From positions 1-33,720 of IMG/VR virus record IMGVR_UViG_3300025751_002411: a stretch of 33,720 bases of DNA; one strand, 5' to 3'. Below, in pieces: positions 25,278-33,720 of the stretch. This stretch comes from a virus. Taxonomy: Duplodnaviria; Caudoviricetes. Position 1 is the first letter of the stretch. Each line of letters begins with the position of its first letter. Both the position numbers and the translations under genes were made by a program. Under the pieces are notes generated by a model, which was not told the origin of the DNA, ran no database searches, and saw nothing but the letters and a program-made list of their open reading frames with translations.

Positions 25278-27000
25278 CTTGTTTTTCTAATACAAAGATA
25301 CCAATACCATTCCAATAGTCATCAGGATCTTCACCTTTTGTGTTTATAATATGCTGATGTCTTATTTTTAAATTCTTTTGTGCAATGCCTTCAAGTGTTG
25401 CTTGTTCTACTTGTCCCCAATTCCAGTCATCTACAACATAAACAAAGATAGGATCAAACATATCATAATAATGATCTAATACTTTAATATGCGACTCGTA
25501 TGAATGATCACCATCGTAAAACATCATGTTAATCTTAAAGTTTAAATCTTCTTCAACAACTGTAAACGCATCTTTGTCTACTATTTTAGCAAGTATATTA
25601 CCTTGATTAGCAATATTTTTTTCTAATATATCTTTTGGATTTCCTTGTTCTGCTGTCCATCCTGGAATATCACGCATTGGTTCAATTTCAGGATTTGAAA
25701 AATTGTCAATTGCAATAGCCGCACTTTGATAATTTCCGTCAATAGCACTTGCAAATATTGCACCATGAAAACTGCCAATTTCAACGTAACGTGCATCGCT
25801 TGCACTAAGCATATTGTTCATAAAGTGTTTAATCTTATTGCTTGTTAAGCCAGGAATTTTAAGAGTTGCTGGACTTATTTTGCTTTCGCCCTTTTCTGCT
25901 TTTTCTAAACTGGTCTTAATATGCTCAATAAATCTATGTCTTGATTTTCCTACAACAACTTTTTCACAGTAGTTACAGTCCCAACAGTCAAACTTACAAG
26001 TTTTAATTTTTTTGCGCCAGTTATTAATTGGAGTACCTTCAAGTTTCATATCATCGATATAATCGTCAAAAGTATCCCACATTAATTCTTTGCCTTCAGC
26101 AAAATTTTTGATTATTTGCATTGTTTCAAACAATCTTGGAATATGTTCACGACCGTGCATCTTGAATACATCAATGCCAAGTTCGTCAATAAACTCTACC
26201 CAGTCTTCTCTCCATGGTGGTAAGTTTGCTTTCTTTAACTCATACCCAGGATCACGTCTATCCCATGCAGGACAGGTAAATTGACTTAATGGAGTCATAA
26301 AATACGTTGGTTCAAAGGGTGTGCGTCTTGTATTGTTATATTGAAAGTGTTCGTCTTGTACAGGACAGTTACCCCAACAGTGTTCATTGGCTAATAAACT
26401 TACCTTAATGTCTCTGCCATACTTTTTAATGCAGTATTCTTTTGCACGTTTCATTTCTAACAAACGTTCACGATCACGCATTAGATCTCTATCTAAGTTA
26501 ATGTAACTAAATCCTGCTTTTACTAGTTCGACTAATTCATTTGGACGTTGTACATTTCTTAAAATAGTATTTTTAATAAAAAGTTCTGGATACTCTCTTT
26601 GTATTTTACCACTAAGTAACCATATGGTATGCGGTAAAGTAACAGTTCTTATGCCAGCATCATACAGCGGACGGAAGTTTTTAATCCACATGTCTAACAT
26701 ATCTTCACGTGGAGGACATTCTATGTTATTAAATGTAGCACTAAGAGGAATACCTAATTGTGTTTGAAATATCATAGCATTATGAATTAAATCATTTGCT
26801 TGATTTCCATCAAAAACATCTCCCATTGCATCTTGCACAAATGGAGGTACTCTACTTGTAAAGTAGATATCGTATATGTAATCTTTGTATTTTGCAACTT
26901 CATCATAGAACTTTGTAAACTGTTCCGTGGTAAGTTTTGGATTTAGTGGTATACTAAAAATCTTTTTCTTGCTCTTGTTGCATTCTTCGCCACTTTGCAT
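25270..27000 (-). CDS. Fusion: peptidase U32-like (Fe-S hydroxylase-type) N-terminal domain plus class I SAM methyltransferase C-terminal domain
   Basis: YINLDRDL, LLANEHCWGNCP..DEH, DVFKMHGRE, CKFDCWDCNYC; then YVEIGSFHG, FYDGDHSY, VVDDWNW (Methyltransf_24-like). Confidence 0.72.
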   Translation of the reverse strand: MQSGEECNKSKKKIFSIPLNPKLTTEQFTKFYDEVAKYKDYIYDIYFTSRVPPFVQDAMGDVFDGNQANDLIHNAMIFQTQLGIPLSATFNNIECPPREDMLDMWIKNFRPLYDAGIRTVTLPHTIWLLSGKIQREYPELFIKNTILRNVQRPNELVELVKAGFSYINLDRDLMRDRERLLEMKRAKEYCIKKYGRDIKVSLLANEHCWGNCPVQDEHFQYNNTRRTPFEPTYFMTPLSQFTCPAWDRRDPGYELKKANLPPWREDWVEFIDELGIDVFKMHGREHIPRLFETMQIIKNFAEGKELMWDTFDDYIDDMKLEGTPINNWRKKIKTCKFDCWDCNYCEKVVVGKSRHRFIEHIKTSLEKAEKGESKISPATLKIPGLTSNKIKHFMNNMLSASDARYVEIGSFHGAIFASAIDGNYQSAAIAIDNFSNPEIEPMRDIPGWTAEQGNPKDILEKNIANQGNILAKIVDKDAFTVVEEDLNFKINMMFYDGDHSYESHIKVLDHYYDMFDPIFVYVVDDWNWGQVEQATLEGIAQKNLKIRHQHIINTKGEDPDDYWNGIGIFVLEKQDG

Positions 27001-27247
27001 TTGATACTTCCCATTTATTGTAAGGACATCCGGCCTCTTTGTTTATACTTGTTAGTGGCCAACAAACACAACTACATGCTTCACAAACCATACGTTGATA
27101 GGTATACTCTTCACCGCGTTCTTGTCCCCAATTCATAAGGTCCATATGTTCGCAATTATAGCACGTATTCATACGTTGGACACGTAACTCCCAATCCCCA
27201 ATTTCGTAATCAGGAACTTGGTTTATTATCAATCGCTTTAATGCCAT
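26954..27247 (-). CDS. Small Cys-rich metal-binding protein, same pattern as 23048..23269
   Basis: RMNTCYNC..VCEACSCVC..CPYNKW; start ATG 27247 or TTG 27259. Confidence 0.68.
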   Translation of the reverse strand: MALKRLIINQVPDYEIGDWELRVQRMNTCYNCEHMDLMNWGQERGEEYTYQRMVCEACSCVCWPLTSINKEAGCPYNKWEVSNAKWRRMQQEQEKDF

Positions 27248-28094
27248 TGTTTTCGTCAACTCCGATTTTTAATTGAGTTTTAGTTTTTTCACCGCCGTAA
27301 TCTCCATCAAGTCCTAGCAAGTGTGGTAGATCTCCGTTTGGATTATCTTTTTCTGCTTCTGCAAGTAATCCACGAACTTTGTGTTGAATTCCCATAATGC
27401 CTTTTTCCATTTGTGCGGCATTTGCAATCGCTTGTGCAATAGTTTTATTTTGCATCGGAAGAGGCATACCCATAATACTTTCAAGATTACCGCTGGAAAT
27501 CTTACCCATGGTCATCATATCCATCATGGCTTGTTTTGCCATACGTTGTGACCAATATTCTTGTTCTTTTTCTTCCCAATTATCCTTGTAGTGTTCAAGC
27601 ATATGCATAGTGCTTTCTTTACCATTAGGATTAATCTTTTTAAGAACATCTAGAAATCTTTGTATTTCAACTTCGTTTTGCAACATATTTTGCTGAGTAT
27701 ATGCAATATCAAATCGTGCTTTTTGAATTTCTTCTTCGAATAGTTCAATTTCGAGATCGTCTTCTTCGTTCTCAATCAATCGTTTAAGTTTTTTAATTCT
27801 ATTTTCTGCTTTTTTAATTTGCCATTTATTGTCACCCAAAGAAACCATACGTTGTCTAATTTCAATTGCAATTTGTCTAATTTTTCTATGATCAGTAACT
27901 TCACTGTTTACAACAAATGCTTCAATCTGTGTACCACTATATGCTGTTGTTTCGTTTGATAGATACTTGATTAGTTCAGCATCTTCATCAGACGATACAC
28001 GAACATCAACATATTCGCTCATATCAAAACGCATATCGTCGGGGGTGTTGTAACTATCCAAATATTTTTCTTTATCAACCTTATTATTTGCCAT
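27210..28094 (-). CDS. Coiled-coil hypothetical protein
   Basis: Heptad-rich helical middle; YWSQRMAKQAMMDMMTMGKISSGN; AAAGGAG RBS before ATG 28094. Confidence 0.7.
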   Translation of the reverse strand: MANNKVDKEKYLDSYNTPDDMRFDMSEYVDVRVSSDEDAELIKYLSNETTAYSGTQIEAFVVNSEVTDHRKIRQIAIEIRQRMVSLGDNKWQIKKAENRIKKLKRLIENEEDDLEIELFEEEIQKARFDIAYTQQNMLQNEVEIQRFLDVLKKINPNGKESTMHMLEHYKDNWEEKEQEYWSQRMAKQAMMDMMTMGKISSGNLESIMGMPLPMQNKTIAQAIANAAQMEKGIMGIQHKVRGLLAEAEKDNPNGDLPHLLGLDGDYGGEKTKTQLKIGVDENNGIKAIDNKPSS

Positions 28095-28107
28095 CAATGA
28101 CTCCTTT

Positions 28108-28135
28108 GTGCATAATAGTATATATGCACTATTTA
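28108..28135 (-). promoter_or_regulatory. Late promoter core TAAATA followed by 7-bp inverted repeat and SD
   Basis: TAAATA (28135-28130), GTGCATA-8 nt-TATGCAC (28129-28108), then AAAGGAG. Confidence 0.5.
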
Positions 28136-28157
28136 AACGTATACTGTGCTATTGTGA

Positions 28158-28844
28158 TTAGATGTGGATTTTAAAGTCACCGTTTTTATACGGTTGAAAA
28201 TCCGGATGAGGCATAATTCCAAATTTTTCATCTGCAACATGCGCCGCGGCCCTAATAGTTTCACAGCGTTTAATATCATCAATGTGCTTCTGCTGTTGTC
28301 CTACTAATTCGCCTACCGCAGTATCATATGCTTGTGCTTTTGCAAGTACTTTGGCAATTAATGTTTCTTGTGTAATTTTGCGTTGTTGAGCGATAGCAGT
28401 TAACAACGGACCGCCGCCTGCTTCTGCTTCTTTACGTTGTTGTGCCCATGTGCTAGTTTCTAGTGTATTACTAGATTTTTGAAGTTTTTCAAAACGTTCC
28501 TGAAAAATGCTCTTAACACGAGCAGTCATAAAGATTTTCATATACTCTAAACTTGCTTTTGCTTCATCTTCTGTATATGGTCTTTTAACTTTTGTGCTTT
28601 CGCCTTCTAATCCCATCTTGGTAGGAAATTCATTACCGTGTTGATCTCTGTATGCCTTGTATTCAGGACGTCCAAAATCATTGTAACGTGCCGCAACTAC
28701 ATCAGGAACAATTACAGGATCTCCCTCTGTCCAGTCAATCCATTCTTCGTTGACTACTTCCACTAAACATAAGCCGTACTGTTGATCTAAGAATCTAAAT
28801 CTTGGGTCAATATCGTGTCTTGATTTTCTATATAATATGTACAT
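28158..28844 (-). CDS. Putative tail-fibre assembly/chaperone-like protein
   Basis: ETSTWAQQRKEA..PLLTAIAQQR..LIAKVLAKA..Y..VGELVGQQQ pattern typical of genes following fibres; TAATG coupling to fibre gene. Confidence 0.6.
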   Translation of the reverse strand: MYILYRKSRHDIDPRFRFLDQQYGLCLVEVVNEEWIDWTEGDPVIVPDVVAARYNDFGRPEYKAYRDQHGNEFPTKMGLEGESTKVKRPYTEDEAKASLEYMKIFMTARVKSIFQERFEKLQKSSNTLETSTWAQQRKEAEAGGGPLLTAIAQQRKITQETLIAKVLAKAQAYDTAVGELVGQQQKHIDDIKRCETIRAAAHVADEKFGIMPHPDFQPYKNGDFKIHI

Positions 28845-30784
28845 TATGCAATCCTTGATCCACCGTCTCCTGAACTCATTCCTCTGTCAAAATTACCAAG
28901 GAAGTTTCTAGAACCATTTGTGTAGTGTTGGTACCAGAACCAACCGTTTTGACAACTTGATCCACAACAACCTCCGCCGTAACCCCATTCTTGAACTTCC
29001 ATGTAGTTTGTTTCACCACAAGTTTGTGGTTTACTTGTGTAACCACCTTGGTTACTGTTGTTTGAGAAATTATATCTTGTATAGTTACTTGATGAGTTAC
29101 CAGCATCTTCAACTAGTGCAAATCCTTGTTTTGTACTCATTGACTTAGAGTGTGCTTGGTTTGAACCACCAGGTCTACTCATACCGCCGGAATATGTTTC
29201 ATTTGAGAAGTTAAAGAACTGTGCTCCATAACACTCATAACCTCTAGTATCATCTTCAAACGCATTACCGTAGTTGTTTGAAGCGTTATTACCTTGTACC
29301 TGTGAGTAACTGTTATTTGAGAATGTATGTCTAACAGTGTTTGTGTTGTTTCCTGTTGTTGTATAGTTTGCAGGAGTACCTACATATCCACCGTGATTTG
29401 ACATTGTACCACCGTCATCGTAGTTAACACCTAGGTTACCGTTTTGTGATTCTGATTCAGAGAACATGTTAAATCCACAAACGAATGAACTTGCTCCCAT
29501 TCCCTCCATACCATAACCATACAAGTGGTTATCACTGTGTGAACCTGAGAAGTAAGCACCCGGTCTGTTACATCTATCACCTAAGCCAGTATAACTGTTG
29601 TTTGAGAACTGAACTCTGTGTGATGCTCTCCATGGGTTAGAGTTAATATATCCACCAATGATGTAACCCCAACTGTAAACCTGTCTATAGTAGTAACTGT
29701 TGGCAGGTCTAAAATTAAGTGTAATATCTGTAAAATCGCCTAGTGTTGTATCTGTTGCTCTAATAGTGGTTGCATAGTTTTGATTCCAAGCACCGTTTAG
29801 TGTTGACCAATCAACCGTACCACTAACAACACCGTTAGAAGCAATGCTTAGTCCACTTGGCAAACCGCCACTTGGTGCTGAAATTGTAACAGCGTGTGCC
29901 GCATCACTAGCATCAATGTCTGTGCTAAATGAAGCCATTGTGTTAAAGTTAAATGTTTGGTTATTAGATACGTTTGTAAACTGTGGTGCCGCGTTGTTAC
30001 GTGAAGTAAATGTAAAGTCTTTGCTTCCAACTTTACCTGCTGTATCAACAGCACAAATAGTAATGTTAATAACACTATCGTTTGCTACGCTAGGAGCAGT
30101 ACCGCCAATTTGTCCAGTTGTTGAGTTAATAGTAGCACCTACAATACTACCGCTACCATAGTTACTACCTTCGCCGGCCGCATTTGAAAATCTATATGTT
30201 ACAGCACCTGCGTTGTCTGGGTCAGTTGCCGCTACCGTGTCGGTAATACTCAAGTTACTCATTGCTTGTCCTTCAAACAATGATCCTAAGTTAGTTGCTG
30301 TACTGAATACCGGTGGTGCTTCAACATCGATAGCATCACCTAAGATACTACTTAAACCTGTACCGTTTTGAACCCTAACGTCATACGGTTCGTCTGATTG
30401 TTGTAGTCTGTTTGCACCTGTAAATGTAATTGTAATCTGTGATGAACTATCTCTAGTTACACTTGAAGTAGGATATTCAGCACCACTGTTACCAATAACT
30501 GACACAAGAACAGTTTGTTCAAAGTTTGTACCTGTGATAACAACAGTCTGTGTTGTAGCATCTTGATCAACCGTGCTCGGTGTTGCACTGCTTACCTGTG
30601 GTGGAGCCGCAATTGACGTCCAACCGTTTGCACTATATTGCTCTAGGAATCCTAGGTCGGTATTAAATCTAATGTATCCAAGTGCAGGACTTGCTGGTCT
30701 ATCTGCCGAAGAACCAGTTGGAACACCTGTAAAGGATCCTGTAAATTTTCTATCTTTACCTGTAAAATCTCTAATGTCTGCCAT
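28844..30784 (-). CDS. Fibre/adhesin-like virion protein: docking motif, IPT/Ig- and cadherin-like domains, C-terminal beta-propeller-like domain
   Basis: VPTGSSADRP..GYIRFNTD, PQVSSATP..ITGTNF, AATDPD, NNAAPQF, LPSGLSI..GVVSGT, WGYIIGGY and ..FSNNS repeats. Confidence 0.72.
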   Translation of the reverse strand: MADIRDFTGKDRKFTGSFTGVPTGSSADRPASPALGYIRFNTDLGFLEQYSANGWTSIAAPPQVSSATPSTVDQDATTQTVVITGTNFEQTVLVSVIGNSGAEYPTSSVTRDSSSQITITFTGANRLQQSDEPYDVRVQNGTGLSSILGDAIDVEAPPVFSTATNLGSLFEGQAMSNLSITDTVAATDPDNAGAVTYRFSNAAGEGSNYGSGSIVGATINSTTGQIGGTAPSVANDSVINITICAVDTAGKVGSKDFTFTSRNNAAPQFTNVSNNQTFNFNTMASFSTDIDASDAAHAVTISAPSGGLPSGLSIASNGVVSGTVDWSTLNGAWNQNYATTIRATDTTLGDFTDITLNFRPANSYYYRQVYSWGYIIGGYINSNPWRASHRVQFSNNSYTGLGDRCNRPGAYFSGSHSDNHLYGYGMEGMGASSFVCGFNMFSESESQNGNLGVNYDDGGTMSNHGGYVGTPANYTTTGNNTNTVRHTFSNNSYSQVQGNNASNNYGNAFEDDTRGYECYGAQFFNFSNETYSGGMSRPGGSNQAHSKSMSTKQGFALVEDAGNSSSNYTRYNFSNNSNQGGYTSKPQTCGETNYMEVQEWGYGGGCCGSSCQNGWFWYQHYTNGSRNFLGNFDRGMSSGDGGSRIA

Positions 30785-33720
30785 TATAGTACCTCAATCA
30801 TTTTCCAGCCAGCAGTTGCATCAGCGTATACTAATCCAATACCTGCATGTTCAACGCCTAATGTTAAATTCTGTGCTAATCCCATTATATTGTGTCCATT
30901 TCTATTTATCGTACAAGAGTTGGTATCAAATGTTCCAGCCTTGTCAATGATTCTAATTGTATCACCGATCTGTGCCGCCGCCGGTAATGTTACAACAACA
31001 GGACCTGCACTTGAGTCAACTAGCCAACCTTCACCTTTAGCGGCTGTAAAGTCTGCTGTTGCAATTTGCCATCTAATCGAACCTGCTGGTTCCCATGTAC
31101 CGCTTGCACCATACACCTCTAAACTTGCAGTGTCTGAGTTATATCTAAAGTAACCAGTTCCTGCTGGGCTCGGTCTTTCTGCTGTTGTACCAACCGGAAT
31201 TGCAATGTGTGATGTTCCACCAAATGATTCAAATCTTTCATCAATTTTGGCACTAACATAAGTCACAATCGCACGTTCTGTTGGAACCGCTGTATCTGAA
31301 TTATCAGCCATTGTACCGTCTGTACTAAATTCGTTAATGGTAGCACCCTGCTTACCTGCTGTAATCGAACCAAGTTGTAGTTCGTTCAAACCTGTTAAGT
31401 CGAATTCTTCCGAACTCAATGTTGCTCTACCAGTACTCTGTTCAACTTTAAAGTAATCACCAACTCGGAAGTCACCGTCTTGGTCTGTGGTTACGTAGAA
31501 CACACGACCACCATTTTGTACATCAACCTCTCTTGCTTGATCAGGTTGTTGTGTGTAGTCATCTTGAATGATAACCGGATAGTTTGTATCTGCGAAACCA
31601 CCTGATCCAACATCTAGGAAGTCATGTCCTGTCATACGTACCTGAGAAAACGCTTCGCGGAACACAACAAATGTGTTATCATCTGGTGTTTTGTTACTTG
31701 GAATACTTGGATCCAATGAAATCTGTGCAGAACCATAACCTGTTTTTTCTGGTGCTGAACTTCTTCCTAGGTTAAGAATATTGTAAAGCACACCCATGTT
31801 TGTGTCAGCAAGTGTAATACCGGCCGCTTCTGCTCCAGGCAATCCTGTAGTTTGTACTTCTGAACTGTATGTTGTTGCTGGTGCAGTTTGGTTTAGTGCA
31901 TTACCAATAATATCTTTTAGATGATTGATTGCCGCAAGTGTTTCTGTTTTTTGCGTTGTGATAGCAATTAACGCACTACCACTGCTGTAATAACTGTATC
32001 CCGCATCAATTGAATCACCGTTAGTGTTTCTATCTAGATCGTTAACAATAGCATCAACAATTAATCCAACATCACGTTCACAAGTTACTTCATCATAATC
32101 AAAAATTAAACTATCAACATAAGCAATTGATTGTGTAATCAATGATGATGTAGCATTAATAATATCTTGTCTTGAAGTTTGTAATGCTGAAGTCGCCCAA
32201 GCAACACTTGGAGTGCTGTCTGCTGGTAAACCAGTTAGGTCGCCTGCTGTAATAACATCTTCAATAATTTGTACTAAGCCGTCTAGTGTAGTTGCTTCTG
32301 TTGCACTTGCATTACCGCTTGCAGTATCCTGTGATACACCAACTTGTTGTGGAGAAGAAATAACATTACCTTGCACAACATCTGAAATATGTCCTGCTAA
32401 GAAGTTGTAAGCCGCCGCTGTTGCAGTTGCTTGGCCTGCCGCTAATTGGCTTGCCGCACCTACAAAATATGCTTCAGCGTTTGTCTTAGCACCGAGGTTA
32501 CCACCGTAAACAATGTCATGTGTTAAACCATCAACGATATAGCCAACATCTCTTGAACATTTAGCCTGATCCATTGCTAGGTAAACTGAATTATAATTGT
32601 TGTTAATATACTCTAGCACTTCTGCTTGTAAGAAACTTTTGTTTGCCTGTAACTGATCACGTGCATTTGTAATGTTTACACTTGCACCTGATGGTATTGG
32701 GAAAGTTAATGCGTCTGCACTACCAGTACCATTGTTGAAAATATCAATAACTTCATCAAAGTAAGCATTGTTTCTGTTTGTGGAAGTTGTATCCGCTTGT
32801 AATCCTGCTAATAGATTTACCAAACTTTTTAGATTAGTAAATGAAGAATTTGTAATCGCTGATTGTTGATTTGTAACAACACTAGCACTTGCTCTTTGAT
32901 AAGCAAGACCATTTGTTACCGCCCAGTAGTTTGTACCAAATGCAATATCGTATCCCGCACCTTCTAGAATATATCCATAGTCTCGCTGACACTTGGCTTT
33001 GTCGTATGTGTAACCAACGTTGTATGTTTGATTAACATAACCAATAACTTCTTTTTGCAACCAAGTTCTGTTTGCTTGTAGAATTGCTTGTGAGTTTGGA
33101 TAATTTCCATATGTAAATGTTGGTGCTGTATAATTTGCAATACCAATTGTAAAGTAGGTTTCGTCGTCTCCTTCAATCTGGAATACCGAACCTTCTTTTG
33201 GTCTTCTGTTTAATGAGTTAACCGTAAATGTAACACCTCTACCAATACCTGCGAAACCTGCTCTGGTTGCACTAACAGTTCTTGTCTGTGATGGTGATTG
33301 ATTTAGTGTAAATCCAACAGTTGAACTACCAAGTGCTATATTTGCAGTATCGATAGCGTTGATTGTTTTTGTTGTTCTTGTGTTTTGTGGTACAGGATAA
33401 CTTTCTGTATTAAATGTGTATGACCCTGAAGATACAGTACCAAGACCGTTTGTTTTATCTTTTTGTATATTGAATAATACTGAATTTGCGGCATCCCAAC
33501 CTGAAGCAAGAACGTTTACACCGTCAAGTGAAATACCTGTAAGTGATAAATTTGTTGAGTTTCTAAATGTGCTGATCCAATCAAGTGTTCCGTTTGATGT
33601 ATATCTTGAAATCATAGCACGGTTAACTGTATTTGTTGATGCGTTGACATAACCTGCTAGGTAAATGTCATTACCTAGTGGAACAACATCTCTCCAACTT
33701 GAATTTTCTGCGACTGTTTG
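30784..33720 (-). CDS. Large virion structural/fibre protein, 5' end beyond window edge
   Basis: Frame stays open from 33615 to 33720; three C.RD.G repeats, FSQVRMTGHDFLDVG, INEFSTDG, IPVGTTAERP, and terminal WLVDSSAGPVVVTLP..GDTIRIID domain like T4 gp34 N-terminal repeats. Confidence 0.8.
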   Translation of the reverse strand, partial: QTVAENSSWRDVVPLGNDIYLAGYVNASTNTVNRAMISRYTSNGTLDWISTFRNSTNLSLTGISLDGVNVLASGWDAANSVLFNIQKDKTNGLGTVSSGSYTFNTESYPVPQNTRTTKTINAIDTANIALGSSTVGFTLNQSPSQTRTVSATRAGFAGIGRGVTFTVNSLNRRPKEGSVFQIEGDDETYFTIGIANYTAPTFTYGNYPNSQAILQANRTWLQKEVIGYVNQTYNVGYTYDKAKCQRDYGYILEGAGYDIAFGTNYWAVTNGLAYQRASASVVTNQQSAITNSSFTNLKSLVNLLAGLQADTTSTNRNNAYFDEVIDIFNNGTGSADALTFPIPSGASVNITNARDQLQANKSFLQAEVLEYINNNYNSVYLAMDQAKCSRDVGYIVDGLTHDIVYGGNLGAKTNAEAYFVGAASQLAAGQATATAAAYNFLAGHISDVVQGNVISSPQQVGVSQDTASGNASATEATTLDGLVQIIEDVITAGDLTGLPADSTPSVAWATSALQTSRQDIINATSSLITQSIAYVDSLIFDYDEVTCERDVGLIVDAIVNDLDRNTNGDSIDAGYSYYSSGSALIAITTQKTETLAAINHLKDIIGNALNQTAPATTYSSEVQTTGLPGAEAAGITLADTNMGVLYNILNLGRSSAPEKTGYGSAQISLDPSIPSNKTPDDNTFVVFREAFSQVRMTGHDFLDVGSGGFADTNYPVIIQDDYTQQPDQAREVDVQNGGRVFYVTTDQDGDFRVGDYFKVEQSTGRATLSSEEFDLTGLNELQLGSITAGKQGATINEFSTDGTMADNSDTAVPTERAIVTYVSAKIDERFESFGGTSHIAIPVGTTAERPSPAGTGYFRYNSDTASLEVYGASGTWEPAGSIRWQIATADFTAAKGEGWLVDSSAGPVVVTLPAAAQIGDTIRIIDKAGTFDTNSCTINRNGHNIMGLAQNLTLGVEHAGIGLVYADATAGWKMIEVL
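32060..33006 (-). repeat. Three ~150-aa helical protein repeats within the large structural gene
   Basis: YDKAKCQRDYGYILEG, MDQAKCSRDVGYIVDG, YDEVTCERDVGLIVDA, each preceded by a similar helix such as LQANRTWLQKEVIGYV / LQANKSFLQAEVLEYI. Confidence 0.8.

Noticed and set aside
1-33720. CRISPR array, tRNA/rRNA genes, DGR repeats, stop-codon reassignment
   Set aside because: No spaced direct repeats or reverse transcriptase seen, intergenic gaps are short and explained by promoters and terminators, and core genes are full length in the standard code; judged by eye only

Overview
AT-rich, densely coding 33.7-kb fragment of a T4-like (myovirus-type) bacteriophage genome, mostly on the minus strand and read with the standard genetic code. 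Left to right: (1) a sugar-modification cassette (HIGH-type nucleotidyltransferase running off the left edge, SAM methyltransferase, GT29 sialyltransferase-like, polysaccharide pyruvyltransferase-like); (2) a recombination/replication module uvsY-orf-uvsX-gp32; (3) a rearranged T4-type morphogenesis block (large and small terminase separated by three genes, gp4 head completion, gp54/gp19-like, tail tube gp19, a 1132-aa sheath gp18, HNH-like, dNMP kinase, gp13 divergent from gp14-orf-gp15, Nudix); (4) a tightly coupled cassette in which fibre-like structural genes are followed by a coiled-coil protein, a small Cys-rich protein, a U32-like/methyltransferase fusion and a flavin-dependent halogenase. 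Strongest observations: seven genes carry a late-promoter-like TAA(A/G)TA exactly 5 nt before the ATG, implying leaderless late mRNAs; the fibre-linked hydroxylase-like/methylase/halogenase cassette is a candidate virion or receptor modification system; and there is an unannotated 50-aa basic ORF coupled at both ends between gp14 and gp15. All family assignments come from motif recognition by eye, not database searches. No tRNA, rRNA or CRISPR array was recognised.
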